A stretch of 64,000 bases of DNA from positions 277,598 through 341,597 of the forward strand of contig CAVXTM010000016.1 of assembly GCA_963764725.1 (NCBI GenBank), given 5' to 3'. Made by a program: the position numbers and the translations under genes. Shown here piece after piece: positions 21,907 through 33,175 of the stretch. Position 1 is the first letter of the stretch. Each line of letters starts with the position of its first letter. Under the pieces are notes generated by a model, which worked only from the letters and a program-made list of their open reading frames with translations, ran no database searches and was not told the origin of the DNA. This stretch comes from an uncultured Gammaproteobacteria bacterium (GTDB taxonomy: Bacteria > Pseudomonadota > Gammaproteobacteria > JACCXJ01).

Positions 21907-21936
21907 CTCAGAGATTGTGAATTAATCTACTGCGCA
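21907..21936 (+). repeat. Boundary repeat copy TCAGAGATTGTGAATTAATCTACTGCGCAT abutting the accC start codon
   Basis: Same motif family. Confidence 0.55.
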
Positions 21937-22032
21937 TCCCGATCGCTGCGGCGCGTGCTCGCTCGCTCCTCGCCTATCTACCGGATATGTCTCGTCGCTT
22001 GCTCCGCGGCTCCTTGCGCTCGGGCTTGCTCG

Positions 22033-22060
22033 ATAAGATTTATTCACAACCTCTTAGTTA
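22033..22060 (-). repeat. Boundary repeat copy (minus-sense AACTAAGAGGTTGTGAATAAATCTTATC) in the accB-accC spacer
   Basis: Core GAGGTTGTGAATAAATCT; inverted relative to the 21907 copy. Confidence 0.5.
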
Positions 22061-22104
22061 ACAAATGCCGGACGAAACCGGGAGGCCTCCCTGCGCGCAG
22101 GGAT

Positions 22105-22560
22105 TCAAGTTCGTTTCAGTACGAACAGGGGCTGGTCGTATTCCACCGGTTGGCCGTTGTCGACCAGAATCGCGGCGATCGTGCCGTCGCTATCGGCTTC
22201 GATCTGATTCATTACCTTCATGGCCTCGATGATACACATAATCTCGCCCCGTTTTACCCGCTGACCCACCTCAACGAACGGTTTGCTGGTCGGAGAGGCG
22301 CCGAGATAAAAGGTGCCGACCATCGGAGCGGTGATGGAATGACCTTCAAAGTCTGGTTTCGGTTTAACATCGGTGGGAGCGACGGCATGCCCGGACGGGG
22401 CGGGGAGCTGCGGATCCGCTAGCTGTAAGAAGGTTTGACCCGCCGGCGGCGCCCGATAGCGGCTGATCCGGACCGATTCCTCTCCCTCGTGGATTTCGAG
22501 CTCGGCAATGCCGGACTCTTCCAGGAGCTCGATTAGCTTTTTTACTTTACGGATGTCCAT
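22105..22560 (-). CDS. accB: Acetyl-CoA carboxylase biotin carboxyl carrier protein
   Basis: [23 protein letters not shown]... and the C-terminal biotinyl motif [10 protein letters not shown]. Confidence 0.9.
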   Translation of the reverse strand: MDIRKVKKLIELLEESGIAELEIHEGEESVRISRYRAPPAGQTFLQLADPQLPAPSGHAVAPTDVKPKPDFEGHSITAPMVGTFYLGASPTSKPFVEVGQRVKRGEIMCIIEAMKVMNQIEADSDGTIAAILVDNGQPVEYDQPLFVLKRT

Positions 22561-23029
22561 CTTTTTCCTGGTCGGGCGAACGTGTGGCATGGGCTCGCAA
22601 ACGAGCGATCGCTGCTTGCAAGGCAAGCTCATATCCCTGTGGCCCGAGACCGCTAACTATCCCGACCGCGACTCCGGAAAGGTAGGACGTGTGGCGAAAA
22701 GGCTCGCGCGCGAAGATATTGGATAGATGAACTTCGATAAACGGTATCTTGACTGCTACGAACGCATCGCGTAGCGCGATGCTCGTGTGCGTGAAAGCGC
22801 CTGGGTTGATAATGATGAAGGCGACGTTTTCCGACTGCGCCCGATGAATACGCTCCACCAGCTCGTGTTCGGCATTGCTCTGAAACGAGGACAGCATGTG
22901 TCCCGCCGACAGCGCCAGAGCTTCGAGGCAGGACTCGATCTCGGCGAGCGTCGTGGTACCGTAAATCTCCGGCTCACGTGTTCCTAATAGATTAAGGTTG
23001 GGTCCGTTAATGAGCGCCAGTTGCGACAT
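22547..23029 (-). CDS. aroQ: Type II 3-dehydroquinate dehydratase
   Basis: [24 protein letters not shown]...[19 protein letters not shown]... Confidence 0.9.
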   Translation of the reverse strand: MSQLALINGPNLNLLGTREPEIYGTTTLAEIESCLEALALSAGHMLSSFQSNAEHELVERIHRAQSENVAFIIINPGAFTHTSIALRDAFVAVKIPFIEVHLSNIFAREPFRHTSYLSGVAVGIVSGLGPQGYELALQAAIARLRAHATRSPDQEKDGHP

Positions 23030-23175
23030 ACCCGGTTCTTGAATCGCGGTTAGTTGCCGCTTGTTTCCGACACATTAGCATAAGTTAACGGCGGAAACGA
23101 GCAAACTACCCGCTATTTAGCGGCGTGGCGGAAAGCGCACGGAACCGGCGGCGAGGAATTCAATTTGATTTCGCC

Positions 23176-23275
23176 ACCACGGGGTATGAACCCCGTGGGG
23201 CGACCAAAGGGGAGAGCTGCGCCTCTCCCCTTTGGAAACCCCATGGCTAAGGATCCCGCGGCAGGACCGCGGGGA
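23176..23275. repeat. Three consecutive GC-rich stem-loops in the tlpA-aroQ intergenic region
   Basis: CCACGGGGtatgaaCCCCGTGG (23176-23198), CCAAAGGGGAGAGctgcgcCTCTCCCCTTTGG (23204-23235) and TCCCGCGGcaggacCGCGGGGA (23254-23275). Confidence 0.5.
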
Positions 23276-23282
23276 ATAAATT

Positions 23283-23831
23283 TTAGGCGGGAGCGCGGAG
23301 TAGCCGCCGGATGAGATTCTCAATTTCGTCCTTGCGGACTTGGCCGGGCTGGGTGAAGGTGATTCTCTTGTTACGATCAATGATCACCGTGTAGGGTAGC
23401 GCGCCGCTCGTATTACCGTAACTCAGAGCGACTTGGATGGCCTCCCACTCGCCGGTCAGCGTCGGGTAATTGATCCCGGCCTTGTTCGCGAATTCTTGCG
23501 TCGTGCTAAGCTCATCGATCGCGATACCCACGATCTGCAAGCCTTTGACCTTATAGTCTTCTTGAAGCGCGATGAGATCCGGGATTTCTTTTTGGCACGG
23601 AGGACACCAGGTGGCCCAAAAGTTGAGCAGCAAAACTTTTCCGTTCCACTCGCTGATGGGGCGGCTTTCGCCTCTGAAGTCCTTGAGTGAAAAATCGGGC
23701 CGCGCCTGCCCCACCAGGGTCGAAGATGAGGAGTCCGTCCGTGCGCCCAGGTGTTCGCGGAGAAGATAGCCCCCGCCTCCGGCGACGATCAGAAACAAAC
23801 AATAGAATCCAAAACGGTAAGCCGCGCTCAA
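23283..23831 (-). CDS. TlpA/DsbE-family periplasmic thiol:disulfide oxidoreductase
   Basis: WATWCPPCQKEIPDL thioredoxin motif; N-terminal membrane anchor; start overlaps the dsbD stop. Confidence 0.8.
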   Translation of the reverse strand: MSAAYRFGFYCLFLIVAGGGGYLLREHLGARTDSSSSTLVGQARPDFSLKDFRGESRPISEWNGKVLLLNFWATWCPPCQKEIPDLIALQEDYKVKGLQIVGIAIDELSTTQEFANKAGINYPTLTGEWEAIQVALSYGNTSGALPYTVIIDRNKRITFTQPGQVRKDEIENLIRRLLRAPA

Positions 23832-25678
23832 CGGCGCAACACCCGATCGAGGTGCGAGCGAAACGTCTCCGGCTCGACGAACCCGACAAGACGTTTGTTG
23901 CGAAGCTCGGTACCGTCCGGTGTGTAAAAAAGCAAGGCCGGCGGCCCGAAGACTCCGAGGCTCGCAAGCAGCTCGCGGTCCTCCTTATCATTGGCAGTCA
24001 CGTCCACTTTGATAAGCGTTAATTTGCTAAGTTGTTGACCGACAATTTGGTCGGCAAAGGTATGTTTTTCAAGCTCTTTGCACTCCACACACCAGTCCGC
24101 GTAAAGGTCTACCATCACCGGCTCGGCACTATCGCGGGCCGCGCGTAACGCCTTTTCCAAATCCGCCGCGCCTTTGACCCGTGCGAAGCTCAGCGTGAGT
24201 GGCGTCGCGGTGGATCCCTGCGCCAAGAGTGTGGCGCCCGCGAATGGACGCAACATATCGGTGGCCCCCGCGGCCGCGCCGACGATTAAGAGACCGCCGT
24301 AAGTCAAAACCAAAAACCCGGCGCCGCGCGTCAGACGGTGACCCCATGACGCGGTTTTATGGAAGAGATCGAGGGCCCCGAAGAAAATCGCCCCGGTCGT
24401 CAATAACAGCCCCCATAACAATACGGTGAACGCCGGCGGCAGCAAGCGTTCCAGCATTAAGACTGCGACTGCGAGCATCCCAAACCCGAAGAACGCCTTG
24501 ACCTGTTGCATCCAGGGCCCGGCTTTGGGCAGTAGCTGCCCGGTCGAGGTACCCACCGCTATCAGCGGCAATCCCATGCCTATGCCCAAGCAAAAGAGCG
24601 CCATCCCGCCGAGCACCGCGTCACCAGTCTTACCGATATAAATCAAGGCCCCGGCCAGAGGCGGCGCCACGCAAGGTCCGACGATCAGCGCGGAGAACAA
24701 TCCCATCGCCGCGGTTCCCTGCAAGGTTCCGCCTGCTTGCGCGTTGCTCGCCCGGGCGAGGCGCGTCTGCCAACTTGGCGGGAGTTGTAGCTCGAACCAA
24801 CCGAACATCGACAAGGCGAGGCCGACAAAGACCGCAGCAAAGAACACCAGCACCCACGGATTTTGAAACGTCGCTTGCAAGTTGTGGCCGAAGCGTCCGG
24901 CGATCACCCCCATGAGCGCGTAGGTCGCGGCCATCACCACGACGAATACGCTCGATAAAATAAATGCCTTGCGCGTAGTTACGTGCTCGCCTTGACCGGC
25001 GATGATTCCGGAGAGAATCGGGACCATGGGAAACACGCACGGTGTAAACGCGAGGAGGATCCCGAACCCCGCGAACATGGCCAGCGTCGCGAGCACGGCG
25101 CCGCTTTCGAGTTGCCGCGCCAACGCATCGTGCTCGGCAACGGGTTCGCTTGCTTCCCCGGAAGCGGCGCCGGCCGCCACGTGCGCTGGCAATCGCAGGC
25201 TGAGCGTTTTCTGCATCGGAGGGTAGCAGATCCCGTCGTCGGCGCAGCCCTGATACCTAAGGGTTAAACCGACCTCGGCCTCGCCGGGGCCTGGGCGTCT
25301 GAGCGACAGCGGGACCGTGATGGACCCGGTATACACCTCGACGGATCCGAACTCCGGATCTTCCTTGAAGTGCCCCGAGGGAAGATTAACGCGCCCGAGC
25401 CGGACGTCGCCGTCGGTCAGGTCAAATCCGAATTTATCCTTATATAGGTAATAACCGTCGGCGATGTCCCAGCGCGCGGCAAGGGTCACCGGATCTTTGA
25501 TGTCGACCGTGATCCGAAATGCTTCGTCGGGAGGTAAAAACTCCCGGCGGGCCGGTTCGCCCGCGAAACCGCGCTTAAAATCCTCGAATATATTTGCCGC
25601 CCCGCGTTGTTCGTCGGCAAACACAGGTAGCAACGTTCCAAACAACCAAACGAAGCAGACAGCGCTGACGGTCTTCAC
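23828..25678 (-). CDS. dsbD: Thiol:disulfide interchange protein DsbD
   Basis: 616 aa; signal peptide, periplasmic domain, multi-TM core with a Cys pair, and a C-terminal thioredoxin domain (WCVECK). Confidence 0.9.
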   Translation of the reverse strand: MKTVSAVCFVWLFGTLLPVFADEQRGAANIFEDFKRGFAGEPARREFLPPDEAFRITVDIKDPVTLAARWDIADGYYLYKDKFGFDLTDGDVRLGRVNLPSGHFKEDPEFGSVEVYTGSITVPLSLRRPGPGEAEVGLTLRYQGCADDGICYPPMQKTLSLRLPAHVAAGAASGEASEPVAEHDALARQLESGAVLATLAMFAGFGILLAFTPCVFPMVPILSGIIAGQGEHVTTRKAFILSSVFVVVMAATYALMGVIAGRFGHNLQATFQNPWVLVFFAAVFVGLALSMFGWFELQLPPSWQTRLARASNAQAGGTLQGTAAMGLFSALIVGPCVAPPLAGALIYIGKTGDAVLGGMALFCLGIGMGLPLIAVGTSTGQLLPKAGPWMQQVKAFFGFGMLAVAVLMLERLLPPAFTVLLWGLLLTTGAIFFGALDLFHKTASWGHRLTRGAGFLVLTYGGLLIVGAAAGATDMLRPFAGATLLAQGSTATPLTLSFARVKGAADLEKALRAARDSAEPVMVDLYADWCVECKELEKHTFADQIVGQQLSKLTLIKVDVTANDKEDRELLASLGVFGPPALLFYTPDGTELRNKRLVGFVEPETFRSHLDRVLRR

Positions 25679-26010
25679 GGGGTTGCGTTCACCATTTCGT
25701 TAATCCAGCTTAAATACGGGCTCGAGCCTCGCACTATAGGGACCGCGATGATTTCGGGGAGTTCATACGGATGTTCCGATTTTAGCAAGGATTCCACCGC
25801 CTCGTAACGCCATCGGCGGGTTTTGATCAAGAGCAGGACTTCGGCACTCGATTCGAGCTTATCGGCCCAGCGGTAAATCGAGTGCACCGCGGGAAGGATA
25901 TTGACGCAAGCGGCGGCGCGTTGTTCGACCAACCGGGTAGCTATTCGGCCCGCGACCGCGTTGTCGGGGCACGTCGATAGCACGAGGAGGTAGTCTTCGG
26001 CATCCGTCAT
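25675..26010 (-). CDS. cutA: Divalent-cation tolerance protein CutA
   Basis: [31 protein letters not shown]...; overlaps the dsbD start (cutA-dsbD operon). Confidence 0.85.
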   Translation of the reverse strand: MTDAEDYLLVLSTCPDNAVAGRIATRLVEQRAAACVNILPAVHSIYRWADKLESSAEVLLLIKTRRWRYEAVESLLKSEHPYELPEIIAVPIVRGSSPYLSWINEMVNATP

Positions 26011-26043
26011 CGCCGGTCCTCGTTTCGGATCAGCGGAAGTCGG

Positions 26044-26071
26044 TTGACAGTAACGGCGCGCCGCCTATAAT
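26044..26071 (+). promoter_or_regulatory. Sigma-70-type groESL promoter (TTGACA, 16-nt spacer, TATAAT)
   Basis: TTGACA at 26044-26049; TATAAT at 26066-26071. Confidence 0.6.
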
Positions 26072-26097
26072 TAGCACTCACAAGAAGCGAGTGCTAA
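26071..26097 (+). promoter_or_regulatory. CIRCE operator (HrcA binding site) TTAGCACTC-N9-GAGTGCTAA
   Basis: Perfect match to the CIRCE consensus immediately downstream of the -10 and upstream of groES. Confidence 0.85.
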
Positions 26098-26141
26098 TAC
26101 CGCTTTGTTTTTCTATCGCACATCGGAGGAGGTTAATCATC

Positions 26142-26432
26142 ATGAATATTCGTCCCTTACACGATCGCGTCATCATCCGCCGCCTAGAGGAAGATCGCAA
26201 GAGCGCCGGGGGTATCGTCATCCCGGACACGGCCGCGGAAAAACCTATGAAAGGAGAAGTCGTTGCCGCGGGTCCAGGTAAGCTCTCGGAAGACGGCAAA
26301 GTCAGACCGCTCGACGTCAAACCCGGTGATAAGGTGCTTTTCGGCAAGTATTCTGGTACCGAAGTCAAAATGAACGGCCAGGACATAGTGGTCATGCGGG
26401 AAGACGACATCATGGGCGTCATCGAAGGTTGA
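26142..26432 (+). CDS. groES: Co-chaperonin GroES
   Basis: [17 protein letters not shown]...; RBS GGAGGAGG. Confidence 0.95.
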   Translation: MNIRPLHDRVIIRRLEEDRKSAGGIVIPDTAAEKPMKGEVVAAGPGKLSEDGKVRPLDVKPGDKVLFGKYSGTEVKMNGQDIVVMREDDIMGVIEG

Positions 26433-26459
26433 ATTTAGAATCTTTAATATAAGAGGTGA

Positions 26460-28103
<1,644 letters not shown>

Positions 28104-28132
28104 TCCCGAAGGGAATCCACGCACATCACTAA

Positions 28133-28163
28133 AAACCCCGCGCAACCCGCGGGGTTTTTTTAT
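28133..28163. terminator. Bidirectional rho-independent terminator after groEL and after the convergent TPR gene
   Basis: AAAAA-CCCCGCG-caacc-CGCGGGG-TTTTTTT. Confidence 0.75.
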
Positions 28164-29878
28164 AGGCGGGAGAGATCGAGCCCTGCGCGATCGCTGGCCC
28201 AGGCCTCTGCCAGTCGTCTCTCGGCGACACGTGCTTGGTCTTTATCACCCCGCCGCTTGTAGACTTGCGTTAAGCCATAGAGCGCCCAACCGTTGTGAGG
28301 CGCCTCGCGCAGGCTCGCCCGGAATGCGTCCTCGGCGCCGGCGAGATCGCCCGAGAGCAGGAGCACGGCGCCGAGCGACTGGCGCACCGGATAGTACCAG
28401 TACGGCGGCTCCGTGTAGGAAAGCTTATCCTGAATGGCTACCGCCCGCGCGAGCTCGGTACGCGCGGACTTTAGGGCGCCTCCGGCTTGAGCGATGCGAG
28501 CGCGTAGCACGTGGCGGGCGAGTGCCAGCACGTCGCCCGCGGGGATCCCGCCGGCCGTGAGCGCGGAAAAGTCCGCGCGGGCGGCGATCGCCGCGATCGC
28601 CGCCGCCGCGCGCTCGGCGGCCTGGATATCCTTACGGGACGCATGGGCCACGCCGCGAGCGTACTGCCACATCGCCTGCACATAGGGCAGACTGGATCCG
28701 GGATCCCGCAAGGCCAACACAATCTCGGGCGCGCTGAACTGGGCGTGGGCAAAATAGGGCGCCGCTTTAATGGGCTGCACCCAGGGAATGGCCCGGGCCG
28801 CATCAGCGGTCACCACGCGCGAGAGCTTCTCAGCCGCGGCGATCGCGGTCTTGCCGTCGCCCGCCATCTGGGCCGCGGCCATGAGCGAGTGCACGTTGTG
28901 CGGATAATAGGCCTGCGGATAGATGCCCTCGGGCGCCGCCTCGGCGATATAGGCCTCATCGGCCGCTACCCCCGCCTTATTCACGGCAAGCGCGTCCAGA
29001 TAGCGGCCCATGCGGAAATAGATGTGAAAGGGCATGTGCACGAGATGGCCGGCGCCGGGCATGAGATCCGCGAGACGCGTGGCATACGGTTCCGCCCGCT
29101 CCGGCCGGTCCGAGGCCTCGACCATGTGGATATAGTAGTGGATCGCCCCCGGATGGTCAGGATGTTTGTCCAGCACCCGTTCCAGGACGGCGAGGATCTC
29201 CGCCGTTCTGCCTTTCGGCCGGCGGCCGTTCGATGCCCAGTAGTCCCAAGGCGTGAGATCCATCAGGGACTCGGCGTAGAGAATCTGGATGTCCGCGTCC
29301 TCGGGATAGCGGGCCGCCACTCGATTCATGGCCGTAGCGTAGGCGGCATCCAAGGTCGCCCGCTCGGCGTTTTCGGAATAGCGCCTGCCGAGCGCCTCGA
29401 TCAGCGCTCGTTCACGGCGCGAAGCGTAGCGGGCTTTCTTTTGCGCCTCGCGCAGGGCCGCGAGCGCAGGTTTTACTGCGGCGGAGTCCATCGGCGCGTT
29501 GATGTTGGGGCCGAGCACGAGTGCCTCACCCCAAGCGCAGAGGGCGCATTTCGGATCGAGCTTCTGCGCCATTCGAAAGGCGCGCCGCGCTTCGGTATGG
29601 TTGAACGCGTAGGTGAGCCGCAGGCCTTGATCGAAGTACTTCTGAGCGCGTGGACTCGTTGTCGTGACCTTGTAGCTCAGCGTGCCGAGGTTGTCCCAAA
29701 GCGGCGGCGCGCTCTCGACGAAGGATTCAGACGGGCGGCGGACTTGATCCGCGAAGCCCCCGACCTCGCCCCGGACCGCGTGGTCGTGCCCAGGGGCTGC
29801 TTGAGCACTGGCCGGCAGTACCGCCGCGATTCCAACGAATATCATCGAGCAAACCGCAACCATATGCATGCAAAACAT
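28160..29878 (-). CDS. Periplasmic tetratricopeptide-repeat protein
   Basis: Signal peptide MFCMHMVAVCSMIFVGIAAVLPASAQA followed by multiple TPR-like helical repeats. The start is taken at the ATG 6 nt after GGAGGA. Confidence 0.7.
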   Translation of the reverse strand: MFCMHMVAVCSMIFVGIAAVLPASAQAAPGHDHAVRGEVGGFADQVRRPSESFVESAPPLWDNLGTLSYKVTTTSPRAQKYFDQGLRLTYAFNHTEARRAFRMAQKLDPKCALCAWGEALVLGPNINAPMDSAAVKPALAALREAQKKARYASRRERALIEALGRRYSENAERATLDAAYATAMNRVAARYPEDADIQILYAESLMDLTPWDYWASNGRRPKGRTAEILAVLERVLDKHPDHPGAIHYYIHMVEASDRPERAEPYATRLADLMPGAGHLVHMPFHIYFRMGRYLDALAVNKAGVAADEAYIAEAAPEGIYPQAYYPHNVHSLMAAAQMAGDGKTAIAAAEKLSRVVTADAARAIPWVQPIKAAPYFAHAQFSAPEIVLALRDPGSSLPYVQAMWQYARGVAHASRKDIQAAERAAAAIAAIAARADFSALTAGGIPAGDVLALARHVLRARIAQAGGALKSARTELARAVAIQDKLSYTEPPYWYYPVRQSLGAVLLLSGDLAGAEDAFRASLREAPHNGWALYGLTQVYKRRGDKDQARVAERRLAEAWASDRAGLDLSRL

Positions 29879-30028
29879 GGTCATTCCTCCGCAACAGCTA
29901 CAGGTTCCGCGATAACAGACCGAGCGTCGCAAACCAGGGGCTGCTCTATGGACCCTACCATCCGAAAAATGGCGCCTTACCGCCATTGATATCGGGCTTT
30001 CGGAGGCGCGCACCGTGCTGGTGGTGGA

Positions 30029-31360
30029 TCAGCCACGCTCCTCCACGGGCAGGAAGGGCCTGGCCGCGGACCCTGTATAGCGCTGGCGCGGACGGCTGAT
30101 TCTCTGATCGGTATCCGCGATCATCTCCTTCCACTGCGCGACCCAGCCGACCGTGCGGGCCACGGCAAAGAGCACCGTGAACATGCTGGTCGGAAAGCCC
30201 ATAGCCTTAAGGATGATCCCGGAGTAGAAATCTACGTTAGGATACAGCTTGCGCTCCACGAAATAGTCATCCTCAAGCGCGATGCGTTCCAGTTCCATGG
30301 CGATCTCCAGCAGCGGCTCCCGGATGACGCCAAGTTCCGCGAGCACCTCGTGACAGGATTCACGCAGCACCGCTGCCCGCGGATCATAGTGCTTGTAGAC
30401 CCGATGGCCAAAGCCCATGAGCCGCAGCGCGCTGTTCTTTTCCTTGACCCGCCCGATAAACTCGGGGACGCGATCCTTGGAGCCGATTTCCTGCAACATT
30501 GTGAGCACGGCTTCATTCGCCCCGCCGTGGGCCGGGCCCCAGAGCGAGGCAATACCCGCGGCGACACAGGCAAAGGGGTTGGCACCGCTCGAGCCGGCCG
30601 TGCGCACGGTTGAGGTAGAGGCATTCTGTTCGTGATCGGCATGCAGGATAAAAATCCGGTTCATCGCGCGCGCCATGACCGGGCTGAGCTTGTACGTCTC
30701 GCACGGCACGGAGAACATCATTTGCAGGAAATTGTCGGCATACCTCAAGTCGTTGCGCGGATAAACGAACGGCTGGCCGATGGAGTATTTGTAGGCCATG
30801 GCGGCGATGGTCGGCATTTTGGCGATGAGCCGCTGCGCGGCGATCTTGCGCTGCTCAGGGTCGGTGATGTCGGTGCTGTCATGATAGAACGCGCTCAGCG
30901 CCCCCACCACGCCCACCATCACGGCCATGGGGTGAGCGTCGCGCCGAAAACCACGGTAAAAGGAAAGCACCTGTTCATTGAGCATGGTGTGATAGGTGAT
31001 GATATCCTCGAAACCGGTCTTTTGACTGGCGTTTGGCAGTTCGCCGTAAAGAAGCAGGTAGCAGACCTCGAGGAAATCACAATGCTCGGCGAGATCCTTG
31101 ATCGGGTAGCCGCGATGCAGAAGCACCCCCTGCTCGCCGTCGATGAAGGTGATCCGTGATTCGCAGCTCGCGGTCGAGGTAAACCCGGGGTCATAGGTGA
31201 AATAGCCAAGCTCGCTGTAGAGCTTACGGATATCGATGACGCTCGGGCCTAGGGTGCCGCCGAGCAAGGGCAGTTCCACCCGTCTTCCCGAAGCCTCATC
31301 GATGAGCGCGATGGTCGCGGGCCCGGAGGCCGGATCCGGTATCTCGGGTGTTTGACTCAT
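30029..31360 (-). CDS. gltA: Citrate synthase (type II)
   Basis: [10 protein letters not shown]...GFGHRVYK...DPRA...; RBS GGAGGA 8 nt upstream. Confidence 0.9.
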   Translation of the reverse strand: MSQTPEIPDPASGPATIALIDEASGRRVELPLLGGTLGPSVIDIRKLYSELGYFTYDPGFTSTASCESRITFIDGEQGVLLHRGYPIKDLAEHCDFLEVCYLLLYGELPNASQKTGFEDIITYHTMLNEQVLSFYRGFRRDAHPMAVMVGVVGALSAFYHDSTDITDPEQRKIAAQRLIAKMPTIAAMAYKYSIGQPFVYPRNDLRYADNFLQMMFSVPCETYKLSPVMARAMNRIFILHADHEQNASTSTVRTAGSSGANPFACVAAGIASLWGPAHGGANEAVLTMLQEIGSKDRVPEFIGRVKEKNSALRLMGFGHRVYKHYDPRAAVLRESCHEVLAELGVIREPLLEIAMELERIALEDDYFVERKLYPNVDFYSGIILKAMGFPTSMFTVLFAVARTVGWVAQWKEMIADTDQRISRPRQRYTGSAARPFLPVEERG

Positions 31361-31393
31361 AGATAATCCTCCATTCACAACCTCTTAGTCGAC
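31361..31393 (-). repeat. Boundary repeat copy (minus-sense GTCGACTAAGAGGTTGTGAATGGAGGATTATCT) that includes the gltA RBS
   Basis: Core GAGGTTGTGAAT, with GGAGGA replacing the AAAT segment. Confidence 0.5.
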
Positions 31394-31565
31394 CTGGCTA
31401 GGGAATAGCGCGGCTTCGGTCAGCTTGTCCCAGTCTTTCCGCGCCTCCAGGTTGATGCTCAGGCCAGTGTTGTTTTGCCGACCTGACGGGGACCGATCAA
31501 GGCGACGACGGCTTGGCTAGCCAAGGCCTCTCGAACAAGTTTGGCGTTACGACGCAATAACATCC

Positions 31566-31598
31566 GTGTAAATTATCCATCCTATGGATGATTTACAA
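31566..31598. promoter_or_regulatory. AT-rich 14-bp inverted repeat TGTAAATTATCCAT-cct-ATGGATGATTTACA between the STAS gene and gltA
   Basis: Near-perfect palindrome (13/14) about 200 nt upstream of gltA; candidate operator. Confidence 0.3.
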
Positions 31599-31705
31599 GG
31601 ATCACAAGTCCGAAGCGTGTCGCTCGCGTCCTCGTCCTAGAAGAGCTGGAAATCCACGAAGAAAGTCGCTCTGCCGAAGCGGTCGGTCGATGAGTCCGGA
31701 GTCTC

Positions 31706-32077
31706 CTACCCCGCCGTAGACACACGGGCGAGGGCGTCGCGGATATCCACGACGGCTGCGAGCGGATCGACCAGGCAGGCAGGTTCGTGAGCGATCCCGG
31801 CCGCCGATAATCGGTAGGCGATCGCCGGGCATGCATGGACCACGCGCACACGCGCGCCGCTCCGCCGCGCCCACTGACAAAACATAATGAGCCAATTGAG
31901 ACCCGAGTCGCGCGTGTCCGTCACATCGGCCAGATCGATGATGTAGTTCTCATGGCGGTTTCGCTCCGGCTCGCAATACTGCCAGAGCGCGAAACCGTGC
32001 GACAAATCAAAATGACCCATGGCGCTCAGCGTGACCGTCTTGCGATCCGCCGATAACGTAATGGTAAAGGCTGCCAT
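31706..32077 (-). CDS. STAS-domain protein (anti-sigma-factor-antagonist-like)
   Basis: 123 aa, MAAFTITLSADRKTVTLSAMGHFDLSHGFALWQY...; length and profile fit STAS/SpoIIAA. Confidence 0.5.
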   Translation of the reverse strand: MAAFTITLSADRKTVTLSAMGHFDLSHGFALWQYCEPERNRHENYIIDLADVTDTRDSGLNWLIMFCQWARRSGARVRVVHACPAIAYRLSAAGIAHEPACLVDPLAAVVDIRDALARVSTAG

Positions 32078-32187
32078 CGTCGTCTCCTAGCGTTTCGAGA
32101 TTAATAGCACCTGCATTTAACCCTAGGCCCGTACGCCGCGCAATATGACAAATTGCCGCGCGTCAATTCGTCGCAGCTTGAACGCCA

Positions 32188-32214
32188 TGGGGTGCGACAA
32201 TTTGTCGCATTTTA
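32188..32214. repeat. Copy 1 of the palindromic repeat GGGGTGCGACAATTTGTCGCATTT (minus orientation); two degenerate half-site copies lie at 32144-32176
   Basis: Core 17-bp palindrome TGCGACAA-T-TTGTCGCA; the same 24-mer recurs at 41024-41047 and 41158-41180. Confidence 0.6.
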
Positions 32215-32430
32215 AAAGGCGATCGCCATTGCTATGATTGCCGGGGCTGAAGGACAGAAGATGCGAATATCGCAAAACGGAGAAGGAAAGAAAGGCCGCG
32301 CCAGAGGCGCGGCCATAAAGCGCGGTGGTGAGAGACGAGTGTCGAGGCCGCTAAACCTGAAAGACGCTCGAATCTTCCACTACGTGCCGGAGCCCTACGG
32401 CCTTGCTAGGTCGCTGGCCCTATGCACAGC

Positions 32431-32913
32431 TTAGGCTACCTTCTTGACTTCCCGCACCAAGGCGGCGCAGGCCTCGGCACAGTCCGCACAGCTCTGGTGC
32501 TTGGAGGCGTGTTTGCGGCATTCCTTTTCGCAGTCTGCACAGACCGCGGCACACGCGTTGGCGAACGCCTTCGTGTGTGCCGAATTACTTGCGCTCAACT
32601 GTGCCAGGGCATTGCACGCCGCGATGGTCTCTTGTACCGCGACCGCGCAGCTCGCGAGCGACGTGTCGCCGCCCTTGAAGGTGTTGATGCAGTGATTGAG
32701 GCAAGCGTGCCCCTTGGCCATGCAGGTTTCGGCGGCCATCATGAGGCCGCTGTACTGCCAGCTATGGTGATTGGCCGCCGCGAAGGCTCGCCCGGTGCCG
32801 GTCATGAGCGCGGCCGCGCCCACCGCCGTGGCGCCGGCGAGGAATTTCCTGCGCGCGGACTGACAGGGGGCGTCACCGGTCTCCGGATGGGTATTTGAAT
32901 GTAACTCGGACAT
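32431..32913 (-). CDS. Tat-exported four-helix-bundle Cys-rich (Csp1-like copper storage) protein
   Basis: Twin-arginine signal SARRKFLAGATAVGAAAL; the mature part is Cys-rich with helical C-x3-C/C-x2-C spacing (ACLNHCI, CAVAVQETIAAC, CAAVCADCEKEC, CADCAEAC). RBS AAGGAG precedes the ATG at 32911-32913. Confidence 0.6.
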   Translation of the reverse strand: MSELHSNTHPETGDAPCQSARRKFLAGATAVGAAALMTGTGRAFAAANHHSWQYSGLMMAAETCMAKGHACLNHCINTFKGGDTSLASCAVAVQETIAACNALAQLSASNSAHTKAFANACAAVCADCEKECRKHASKHQSCADCAEACAALVREVKKVA

Positions 32914-33175
32914 ATCAGCTCTCCTTTCAATATGGATGGATAAAGGGTTGCGCAGGCGTGTAACCCCAGTGTCGCTAGGGTGTTGCGGCGCTTTCGGTTG
33001 ATGGGATGGCGGAGGAGAGCTGATTTTCCTGCCCATCCCGGACGAAAGCGTCGCACCTTCTCGGTACGCGGATCGCACGGAGGCGCAAACCCGCCAGGGA
33101 TTATATCAGACCGCTAGATCTCTGGATACTATTTATCTTCTATCTTCGCCGGGCGGCGTTCTGATGGCGCTGCGC

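Noticed and set aside
23155-23290. tRNA or tmRNA in the hairpin cluster
   Set aside because: No acceptor-stem pairing, no GTTCRANYC T-loop and no anticodon-arm geometry.
28511-29989. 492-aa plus-strand ORF
   Set aside because: Shadow frame opposite the TPR gene.
32193-32209. Identifying the TGCGACAA-N-TTGTCGCA dyad as a CusR/CopR 'copper box'
   Set aside because: The cus box is TGACAA-NN-TTGTCA, with different spacing and flank; the resemblance is superficial, so no regulator family is assigned.
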